Below, piece after piece: positions 1 through 8,446 of a stretch of DNA of 37,872 bases. The position numbers were made by a program, and so were the translations under genes. Each line of letters opens with the position of its first letter. Position 1 is the first letter of the stretch. The stretch is from Candidatus Omnitrophota bacterium. Its GTDB lineage: Bacteria; Omnitrophota; Gorgyraeia; Zapsychrales; Fredricksoniimonadaceae. The notes under the pieces were generated by a model. The model had not been told where the DNA came from. It made no database searches and saw only the letters and a list, made by a program, of their open reading frames with translations. The stretch covers positions 1 to 37,872 of the forward strand of contig JAZDPD010000034.1 in NCBI GenBank assembly GCA_043798045.1, given 5' to 3'.

Positions 1-1933
1 TGATAGCTCGAACAAGACGATCAAACAGCGGACTAACCCCACGAAATACAATTTCCTGCAATACTTCTGCCTGTGGCAACTCTGTACCAATCACATCAAT
101 GCGTGGATTAAGCGCGCTTAAGAACTCTTTCATGTCAATGGTCGTTTGCGGAGGGCTCCCCACCCCGACATCAATGACTGTATAATCACCGCTCGTAAGA
201 TCAACCCCGGTAATTTTCCTGAATTGAGGATGAACAAGCAATGCCTGGACATCGACATTCCTTCCGGCATGCGTGTATTTTGATGTTACAAAAGATTTAT
301 CGTACTGCGCCTGATCTTTCGTTTCATCCATATTGCTGGTTTGTTCCTGTTGCTTTCTTAATAACACCTGGGCCTCTTCGGAAATTTCAACCGTATCCAC
401 AGGATTAACATACGGATTCACAATCTTTGCTTCTTTCAAAGGTTTCTTGTTTAAATCAGATTTCTTTCCATGAGAATATGGTGGCAAATTCTCACCCAAA
501 GCTTCTGCCGGAGATTTACGCCTGATGGATGAAGCAGCATGATCCACCACCATGGAAGCATCAACCTTAAATACCGACCCGACCGGCTTGATTCCAGCCG
601 CATTGTCCGACCTGGTTAAATCAAAATCATAAAACTTTTCTCCACCAGAGAAATATTGGCGGGGTTCACCTTGGTGCGGTAAAAGGTTGGCGACCTGGGT
701 TGTCTCACCTTGTACAGGGCGGACACGTGGGTCCGCCCCTACGATATCCGCAAGTAGTGGCGGCTCATGATCCGCCACTACACCCTCGGATATATAATTA
801 TAAACGCCATTTTTATAGGCCGCGATATATCTCTGATATATCTCTTCTTTAAGCGTTTTCTCATCTGTGGTCACGCCATGAATCATATTCTTCCCAACGT
901 AAACATCGGTCAACAATGTGTTTTTGATCTTCTCTCGGTACCATTTGGCCAGGATCGCTGCATGGTAGATCTGTCGGATGGGGGCAAAATTCTTTCCCTC
1001 GTTGATTTCGTTTTCGATGGCGGGGACAATAACCTCACGTAAAATATTCTTGGCTAATTCCTGGGATGGCTCAATCTGCCCAATGGCATCTATGCCTAAT
1101 ATATGGCCGGCACGGGGGCCGGCCACTGCATTCAACCCCTCAGATGCACGGGCGGCCCCCTGTGGCCGCCCTTTACTCATGGCAACATAATCAGAATCCA
1201 ACAATACTTTTAATCTTGCTTGTGTCACATACACCGCGTTCTCCTTCTCAAAAACCTCTGACTTATCGGGCATGATCCAGACTTTATTGAACGTATCCAC
1301 CGGAATATCTGTCGTCCCGTATTTATCCATGGCCGCGGCATAGACCTTATCCCAGAACTGTTTGCCCAACCCTTTTTCAGGATAAATGAGTGACGCGATC
1401 AATTGTTTTAGTAAATAATCCTGGGCGAGCATATCCCGCCCTAACACGGTCTCGCCAAGATCCTTTTCAATCACACGGTCTTTTTCATGCGGGGAAAGGT
1501 TGACCCATAGGTCTTTTTCAGGAACGGTGAGCGCGGCGAGAAAATATTTTGCCATCTTTAAAGTTTCTTGTTCAATCGTATTTTGGTGAGGCATGCGGTC
1601 GACGCCCTGGGTCGCTTTCGTATCCGTCGCTAGTTTGGGTGGCAGCGTGCTTGGGGACACGTACCCTTCGGGTACATGTCCCCGGGTTGGCAGCGCAGAA
1701 ATATTTCCTGAGTCCACGATAAAGTCAAAATTTAGCGGCCTGTCAGGATGTATCACCATCCCCTTAACAAGAACGGGTGTAAATGACGCTGACCTGTTAA
1801 CCATCATGCCCGGCTCAGGCAGTTGTGCAACAAACAGGCTTTGGGCATAAGCAAATTCTGGACGGATCAGAAAACTGACTACAATAATCAGCACCATCAT
1901 CTGTCGGCAAAATTGGATCATCATATTATTCAT
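1..1933 (-). CDS. Sec-signal multidomain protein, paralog of the adjacent 1648-aa gene. The 3' end runs off the window (644 codons visible).
   Basis: It is absent from the ORF track because it has no in-window stop. Hand translation of the minus strand from the ATG at 1931-1933 (alternative ATGs at 1922-1924 and 1919-1921) is stop-free down to position 2. The N-terminus MNNMMIQFCRQMMVLIIVVSFLIRPEFAYA|QS looks like a signal peptide. Nt ~638-1810 align with the N-module of the 1965..6911 protein (FLAALTVPEKDLWVNLSP, GTTDIPVD.FNKVWIMPDK, NAVYVTQA.LKV.LDSDY, ENE.NEG.NF, RQYFSGG). The tail (nt 1-637) is unrelated to the neighbour and contains VIDVGVGSPP...DVIGTEL, a weak class-I methyltransferase-like motif. 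Confidence 0.75.
   Translation of the reverse strand, partial: MNNMMIQFCRQMMVLIIVVSFLIRPEFAYAQSLFVAQLPEPGMMVNRSASFTPVLVKGMVIHPDRPLNFDFIVDSGNISALPTRGHVPEGYVSPSTLPPKLATDTKATQGVDRMPHQNTIEQETLKMAKYFLAALTVPEKDLWVNLSPHEKDRVIEKDLGETVLGRDMLAQDYLLKQLIASLIYPEKGLGKQFWDKVYAAAMDKYGTTDIPVDTFNKVWIMPDKSEVFEKENAVYVTQARLKVLLDSDYVAMSKGRPQGAARASEGLNAVAGPRAGHILGIDAIGQIEPSQELAKNILREVIVPAIENEINEGKNFAPIRQIYHAAILAKWYREKIKNTLLTDVYVGKNMIHGVTTDEKTLKEEIYQRYIAAYKNGVYNYISEGVVADHEPPLLADIVGADPRVRPVQGETTQVANLLPHQGEPRQYFSGGEKFYDFDLTRSDNAAGIKPVGSVFKVDASMVVDHAASSIRRKSPAEALGENLPPYSHGKKSDLNKKPLKEAKIVNPYVNPVDTVEISEEAQVLLRKQQEQTSNMDETKDQAQYDKSFVTSKYTHAGRNVDVQALLVHPQFRKITGVDLTSGDYTVIDVGVGSPPQTTIDMKEFLSALNPRIDVIGTELPQAEVLQEIVFRGVSPLFDRLVRAI
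717..738. repeat. GC-rich palindrome GGGCGGAC-ACGTGG-GTCCGCCC, in frame inside a CDS.
   Basis: An 8-bp stem pairs 717-724 with 731-738. It is translated as GADPRVRP, a segment absent from the homologous position of the paralog at 1965..6911. Confidence 0.8.
754..781. repeat. GC-rich palindrome GTAGTGGCGG-CTCATGAT-CCGCCACTAC, in frame inside a CDS.
   Basis: A 10-bp stem pairs 754-763 with 772-781. It is a near copy of the element at 21347-21374, with a compensatory T/A versus G/C change in the stem. It is translated as VVADHEPPLL. Confidence 0.85.
1104..1125. repeat. GC-rich palindrome TGGCCGGC-ACGGGG-GCCGGCCA, in frame inside a CDS.
   Basis: An 8-bp stem pairs 1104-1111 with 1118-1125. It is translated as VAGPRAGH, inside a segment inserted relative to the paralog. 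Confidence 0.75.
1150..1171. repeat. GC-rich palindrome GGGCGGCC-CCCTGT-GGCCGCCC, in frame inside a CDS.
   Basis: An 8-bp stem pairs 1150-1157 with 1164-1171. It is translated as GRPQGAAR, inside a segment inserted relative to the paralog. Confidence 0.75.
1653..1683. repeat. Palindrome GGGGACACGTACCC-TTCG-GGTACATGTCCCC, in frame inside a CDS.
   Basis: 12 bp pair with one mismatch (C1660/A1676). It is translated as RGHVPEGYVSP, in a segment with no counterpart in the paralog. Confidence 0.75.
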
Positions 1934-1964
1934 GAAAACCTTTTCAACCTTAAACAATACGCAT

Positions 1965-4900
1965 TCAATAACTAATGTTCATAAATTCTGCAAGCGACGT
2001 TCTTAAAGGGATGATATCCACGATCATCGACTTTAACCCAAGAAGCCGTGACATTTTCTGAACCATGCCTGAATCGGCCACCACACGATCTTCTACCCTA
2101 TCCAGACCCGCCTTCATGTGCCGGCGGGCTTGTGCCAAATCAATACCACCTGTATTTTCTGCATGATCTGTTCCTTGTTGCAGCAAAAGGCGCTTGGGCA
2201 GAACCTTGACCGTTACCTGCACCCCGTCTCTATTTTCCAGAAATGGCTCTGTCAAATAATGAACATCTCCTGATTCCTGCATTTTCTGGAAATCAACATC
2301 TTTCACCACATCAGGCAAAAAATCCGGCACCATCCACCACATATTAAACCTTAAATTCTTAAACCTTCGGTCATCCTGCCCTACGATCACACCATAAGAA
2401 CCGTTAAAACGAAACCATTTCCTTAATGCCTCCATTTCACGCATGTTCATCCCGAAATTCGACCCAGCCAATCCTCCAATGATCCCGCGTATTTTTTGAA
2501 TATCCTCTTGGGGAATTTCCGGCGAGAGCATTTCCATGGTTTCATTGCCATTTACGTCAAAACGCACCAGCGTCCTGCCCCCGTTCACATACATCAACAA
2601 CCGTTTCAGATCCCCAACCCCATTAAGAGGCGCAGCGATCCTGGTCGTCTGCATAACCCTGGAATTCGCTGATATAATCCCCACCGGGAATTGAGCCAAA
2701 AAACGGACAAATTCTTTCCCCACTAAAGAATCCGGTAAAAGGTCATCTTCCCTTTTATTGATTATTGTCCCATCCACATCAAAAAGGGCTATGCCTTGGC
2801 CGATCAGTTCTTTCAGAGGAATCGTTACACTTTTGCCGGAATCCATTCCCTCTCCCTGGATCGTAACGTCAGTCAGATCATCCGCTATCGCATCAGCAAT
2901 GCGCCGCATTACGCGGGCCGAGGCCTCTTCTCCGGTCCCCACCCAGATCGTCGCTTCCCTGGCCAACTTCGAACGCTCTTCAGGATCGTCATCAACAGAG
3001 AAAACAAGTACCTTTCTTCCTCCATCCTCCAGAGATTTCTTCTTGTGCACCACGCTCATATCATTTCCAAAGGCAAAGAACTCATTACCAAAATACAGTA
3101 CTGTTTTTAATGCCGGATTTCCTGCCATAACCATGCCAACAACATCGCCTTTATTGTAATTCTCTGATGCAATATCTATGGCCCCGAATCCTCCTGGCTC
3201 AAATAAATAGCGCCCATTGAACTCCTTACGCAAAACATCAATAATCTTCCCCCTAAGATCCCGTGAAGATTTCATCCAGGCCGCGGACGCATTGCGATGA
3301 TCCACATACAAGGACCCCGATGCAATTTCATCCCTGACCACACGCGGCAAATATATTTTATGTCGGTCAATATCACGTATATTCGAAGAACTAATAGAAT
3401 TTTCAGACAACCCGATCACGGTCACCGGGAACAATCTCGATCCTCCTGTAATAAAGCCCTGCAAACCATGCGGTGTGGTATCCGTCAAACGCAACCCTGG
3501 GGCAACCCGCTCCAAAGAAAAATCAGTACGTTTAGCAACAACAAAATTAACATCAGAATCCTTCTTATTCCCGTCAGGGAATAAATCCAGCAGCGCATCC
3601 CCGGCTACTTTGGCATGCCGCTCCAGAGCATCACTGCCGCTTAAAAAAAACATTTGGAGCCCCTTCACCCCATCATTCAACCTCATATGCTCCAGTGCCT
3701 GCGCCATCGGTAAAAGATCACCGCGGTCCATGCCAACAGGAGAATACTTTATTAAGGGAAAAAACGGCGCAATGGCGCTCTGAACAAGGTGATGCCGCAA
3801 CTCGACATTGAGTTTGTCATCTTTATACCCGTTGATATCCCCGTTAGGTGACACCACAAGCAGGCTGTTATACGTATTGATAAACTCAAGCCAGAAATTG
3901 ATATGCCCCCAATGCACAGAATCAAATGTCCCGGGCGCAACGCCTATCCTAACCTGACGGGAAGAAGCTTCAGCTGCCGGCAAATCTTCTAAGGGACCTA
4001 AACGAACAGGCATATTCAGATCAAAGGTCCCGTTATCAATTTTCTTTTTAATGGACGATAGATTCTTTTTAATATTCGCAACAACCGCCCTTATATCCTG
4101 ACGGACCGCAGCATCCATTTCCTCTTCTATTTCTTCTTCGGCCGGCAAAGATCTTTCCATCTTCTCAAAATCAATGACCTGCTGCGCGTTATCAGCCACA
4201 ACAGCAACATCCCCTGCCGCATTCTTGAGCGTAGCTGCGACAGGAAATTCAGGTAAATCAAAACCATACGCCTCAAATGCCTCGCCGAAGCTGAGCGCCC
4301 CGCCGATACGAAAAGGAATATACCCTTTAAGCAAGCCTGAGCCACGGGTGATCTTTTGAGCCTCCGCAATATTGAACAACCCGATACCATTTTCTTTCAA
4401 GAATCTCTGCAATTCTTCAGGTGTGTTGGCCACCGCAACAGCATTTGTATTGGACCCACCCCCGCCGACCATAAATAAGCCGATATTATTCTGTTTTGCC
4501 TTTGCCACCACATCCTCTGAATAAAATGAATACAAGCTGATCTTCTTAAGGCCATCTTTATATGTATTATAAAAATCTGAGAGCACCGGGTCCTGTTTCA
4601 AGAACGCAGCATACCTATCGGCATATGAAGGGCGCTCCGGTGAGCCTTCCGGCATCAGGGCCAACTCAAACCAGCGAAAATTAAGTTCATCCCGGATGTC
4701 CATATATCGATTCATGCTATCAATGACACCTTGCATGTCCCTGGCCTTCAACGCTGCGGCAAATTGATGCGCCAGCTGTATACGCTCCCTGTACAATTTC
4801 AAACCAACAGGGTCCATATCCGCCAAAAGGTCACGGCCCATAACACTCGTCACTTCAGCCGTCCTTGGATGCGCGTAACCACCATTGATAAATTCTTTCC

Positions 4901-6911
4901 CAAGCTGGATAAATGCCATCCGCGATTCAAAATACAGATAATCTTCTTCACGGATGATGTCCCGCGAAAATACCTCATCACCGAACAAACGCGCCCCTTC
5001 AGGAGATGTCAGGCTTGAAAGCCAGACATTTTGATAAACACCCCCCAATACATATGGAAAATGCCCCTGCCCTCCGGTAGCCCCGTCAAAAACATTATTT
5101 TCCAAATACGTGGCCCGGTTATAAATATCGGCAAAACTCCAACCAGCACCTTTAAGGATACTGGCGAGCATTAACTCCGCAGCCAGCATCACGCTCGAAC
5201 TCTCCACACCTCCGGCCAAAATGGCCGGATGCGAAACCCGCACCGAAATCTTGATCCCAGAGATCTGAAATAAGTTCTGAAATATATACGCACCTGAACT
5301 GGCCAATCCTTTGGGAATAAACACTTTTCTGTCAGTAAACGGCAATGGCCCATACACCACATAAGGCTGCTCTTCCGGAAAACCATAGTCTTCTGCCACA
5401 TACACCGTTGCCTGAGGATCGTCAGCCGCCTCTAAAGCAACTTCTATAAAAAGATCCTGGTGGGAAAAAGTTAACGTGGAAGGGATCTCTTCAAATGCAA
5501 TAAGGCCTTTTTTAGTGATCAAGTCACGACGATCATTCTTGTCAAGCCCCGATCCTGGGCCATCAAAGGCCCTTATCGGAAGCTTAACCATAAGCCTTTT
5601 CCCATCATTTTTCATGTGCAGCAAGATATTCCGGATCTCTTGCGACGATCTTATCCCTGCATAAATGCCCGTATCATCCCGCACCACAGCTTCACGGGGT
5701 TTAAACAAAACACCCGTTGCTGTTTCCTGGGCCGCATCACTGCGGATGCCAACAGGCTCAAGATCACTGACCACGATCATGGCGCGATCAGGGTCGATCC
5801 CGGATAACAGGCCATCGTCACGGGTACGGCCCATGATCTGGCGCACGCCTTCCCCGGAAAACCCGCCGGAGAAATATTGACGGGGCTCAGAGCCGTCATC
5901 CCGGATAAAATTAAAAACGCCATGCTGAAAAGCCTGCACATACCGTGACCAAATTTTCTCGCCAACATGTTTGTCCTGGATCTCAATGCCGGATATTTTT
6001 TCCTGGTCTACATACGCCACCCCTAATAATGACGAACGAACCTTATCTTTAAACCATACCGCCAGAATAAGGGCATTGTAGATCTGTCGTAACCGCGCAA
6101 AATTTCTGCCTTCGTTAACCTCGTTTTCAAGGACAGGGATGATGATCTCGCGAAGAACAGATTTGCTCAACTCAGACGTAGGGGCGAACCTTGTGTCCGC
6201 CCCTACAACAGCATGAGACATTGCCTCATAATCAGAATCGAGCATCACCTTAAGCTTCGCCTGGGTAACATAGACGGCATTATCTTTTTCAAAAACATCA
6301 GCCTTGTCGGGCATGATCCATACCTTATTAAAAGCATCAACCGGGATATCGGTCGTGCCAAATTTAGCTTGAGCCTGCGCGTATACTTTCGCCCAAAATT
6401 CTTTTCCAATTTTATCGTCGGGATTAATAATGGAAGCCGTTATCTGTTTGAGGATGTAATCCTGTGACAACAAGTCGCGCCCCATTTCCGTTTGACCCAG
6501 CGCATCGGGCACAATACGATCTTTCTCATAAGGAGACAAGTTGACCCAGAGGTCTTTCTCCGGAACGGTCAATGCCGCAAGGAAATACTGGATAAGACGG
6601 TTGACATCATCATTAAGGGCACTGCGGGCGGTTCGCACATTTGACGCATCATCTCCTTGATCCAATACAAAATCCAAGCGGAAAGGATTATCAGGATGGA
6701 TCTTAATACCCTTAAGCAGCACCGGCATGAATGCAGGGCTTAAACCCACAGCCACCCCTGGTTGGGGCAGCTGGAACACTTCCTGGGCCAGAGAACACCG
6801 AGGTCCTCCAACATCCAGCATCAGAAAAGACGCCGTAACAAATGCGGAAACTATTCTGCGACAACGACTTATTGAATGAAAAATCATGCCCAAAACCTCA
6901 GCTGCCATCAA
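1965..6911 (-). CDS. Giant (1648 aa) exported multidomain protein: shared N-module, GHMP-kinase-like domain, HxGH/ISxxxIR nucleotidyltransferase and HAD-IIB-like phosphatase.
   Basis: One uninterrupted ORF. The codon at 6909-6911 is TTG. An ATG lies at 6906-6908, and the ATG at 6885-6887 has GAGG 8 nt upstream, so it is the likeliest start (MIFHSISRCRRIVSAFVTASFLML...SLA|QE, signal-like). Motifs: GHMP motif II-like AGGVESSSVMLAAEL (nt 5187-5216); fucokinase/HddA-like LENNVFDGATGGQGH; motif III-like VGGGGSNT (4446-4469); GTFDSVHWGH (3903-3932) plus ISSSNIR (3375-3395), the cytidylyl/adenylyltransferase superfamily signature; HAD motif IV-like YFGNEFFAFGND (3060-3095); HAD motif I FDVDGT (2766-2783). 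Confidence 0.85.
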   Translation of the reverse strand: MMAAEVLGMIFHSISRCRRIVSAFVTASFLMLDVGGPRCSLAQEVFQLPQPGVAVGLSPAFMPVLLKGIKIHPDNPFRLDFVLDQGDDASNVRTARSALNDDVNRLIQYFLAALTVPEKDLWVNLSPYEKDRIVPDALGQTEMGRDLLSQDYILKQITASIINPDDKIGKEFWAKVYAQAQAKFGTTDIPVDAFNKVWIMPDKADVFEKDNAVYVTQAKLKVMLDSDYEAMSHAVVGADTRFAPTSELSKSVLREIIIPVLENEVNEGRNFARLRQIYNALILAVWFKDKVRSSLLGVAYVDQEKISGIEIQDKHVGEKIWSRYVQAFQHGVFNFIRDDGSEPRQYFSGGFSGEGVRQIMGRTRDDGLLSGIDPDRAMIVVSDLEPVGIRSDAAQETATGVLFKPREAVVRDDTGIYAGIRSSQEIRNILLHMKNDGKRLMVKLPIRAFDGPGSGLDKNDRRDLITKKGLIAFEEIPSTLTFSHQDLFIEVALEAADDPQATVYVAEDYGFPEEQPYVVYGPLPFTDRKVFIPKGLASSGAYIFQNLFQISGIKISVRVSHPAILAGGVESSSVMLAAELMLASILKGAGWSFADIYNRATYLENNVFDGATGGQGHFPYVLGGVYQNVWLSSLTSPEGARLFGDEVFSRDIIREEDYLYFESRMAFIQLGKEFINGGYAHPRTAEVTSVMGRDLLADMDPVGLKLYRERIQLAHQFAAALKARDMQGVIDSMNRYMDIRDELNFRWFELALMPEGSPERPSYADRYAAFLKQDPVLSDFYNTYKDGLKKISLYSFYSEDVVAKAKQNNIGLFMVGGGGSNTNAVAVANTPEELQRFLKENGIGLFNIAEAQKITRGSGLLKGYIPFRIGGALSFGEAFEAYGFDLPEFPVAATLKNAAGDVAVVADNAQQVIDFEKMERSLPAEEEIEEEMDAAVRQDIRAVVANIKKNLSSIKKKIDNGTFDLNMPVRLGPLEDLPAAEASSRQVRIGVAPGTFDSVHWGHINFWLEFINTYNSLLVVSPNGDINGYKDDKLNVELRHHLVQSAIAPFFPLIKYSPVGMDRGDLLPMAQALEHMRLNDGVKGLQMFFLSGSDALERHAKVAGDALLDLFPDGNKKDSDVNFVVAKRTDFSLERVAPGLRLTDTTPHGLQGFITGGSRLFPVTVIGLSENSISSSNIRDIDRHKIYLPRVVRDEIASGSLYVDHRNASAAWMKSSRDLRGKIIDVLRKEFNGRYLFEPGGFGAIDIASENYNKGDVVGMVMAGNPALKTVLYFGNEFFAFGNDMSVVHKKKSLEDGGRKVLVFSVDDDPEERSKLAREATIWVGTGEEASARVMRRIADAIADDLTDVTIQGEGMDSGKSVTIPLKELIGQGIALFDVDGTIINKREDDLLPDSLVGKEFVRFLAQFPVGIISANSRVMQTTRIAAPLNGVGDLKRLLMYVNGGRTLVRFDVNGNETMEMLSPEIPQEDIQKIRGIIGGLAGSNFGMNMREMEALRKWFRFNGSYGVIVGQDDRRFKNLRFNMWWMVPDFLPDVVKDVDFQKMQESGDVHYLTEPFLENRDGVQVTVKVLPKRLLLQQGTDHAENTGGIDLAQARRHMKAGLDRVEDRVVADSGMVQKMSRLLGLKSMIVDIIPLRTSLAEFMNISY
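6178..6206. repeat. GC-rich palindrome GTAGGGGCG(AAC)-CTTGT-(GTC)CGCCCCTAC, in frame inside the giant CDS.
   Basis: A 9-bp perfect stem pairs 6178-6186 with 6198-6206, extendable with one mismatch. It is translated as VVGADTRFAPT. It sits at the same alignment site (after DSDY.AMS) where the paralog carries different palindromes. Confidence 0.8.
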
Positions 6912-7085
6912 CCAGTTTATAATCCATTAAAATCAGCGATTTCAATAGAAATCAACACCGCGCAATCCGGATTTATATATATGTTAATGTTTAACATATA
7001 TTCTTATAAAATGCCAAGTCCAGGGATATTCCGGATAGAAATGATCGGATTATCATTCACAAGGATTTACTCAAATGTGTGGGTA

Positions 7086-8258
<1,173 letters not shown>

Positions 8259-8266
8259 TCATTGTT

Positions 8267-8434
8267 ACTTTGCATCTCAAGGTTTCGGCATCTTCTTACG
8301 CCGATCGTTTGCCGTCCCCTGCGAGGCCGGCTGCACTCAAAGCTCGGCCTCACTCTTGGGCCTTCGGCCCAATCCATGCCCGTTCGGCCGAGCAATGTCG
8401 GCTTTAAGAAAATGCCTCAACCTTAATGCAAAAC
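8267..8434 (-). ncRNA. Unclassified structured RNA domain (multi-helix), or a tgt leader.
   Basis: Long closing helix on the minus strand: TGCAT(8430-8426)/ATGCA(8275-8271) and AAGGTT(8424-8419)/AACCTT(8284-8279). A tandem GA/GA follows (8418-8417 with 8286-8285), then GGCATTTTCTTA(8416-8405)/TAAGAAGATGCC(8298-8287). That last helix is 12 bp with one G.U that would be a C/A mismatch on the plus strand. Inner helices are GCTCGGCC/GGCCGAGC and GGGCC-GAA-GGCCC. No coding potential. Confidence 0.4.
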
Positions 8435-8446
8435 CTTAACTCAAGC

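Noticed and set aside
6977-7001. The AT palindrome as a dif (XerCD) site, because it contains ATGTTAA like the XerD arm.
   Set aside because: The arms are separated by 3 nt rather than a 6-nt central region. The site is fully symmetric, unlike 11-6-11 dif sites, and is 26 kb from xerD with no other support.
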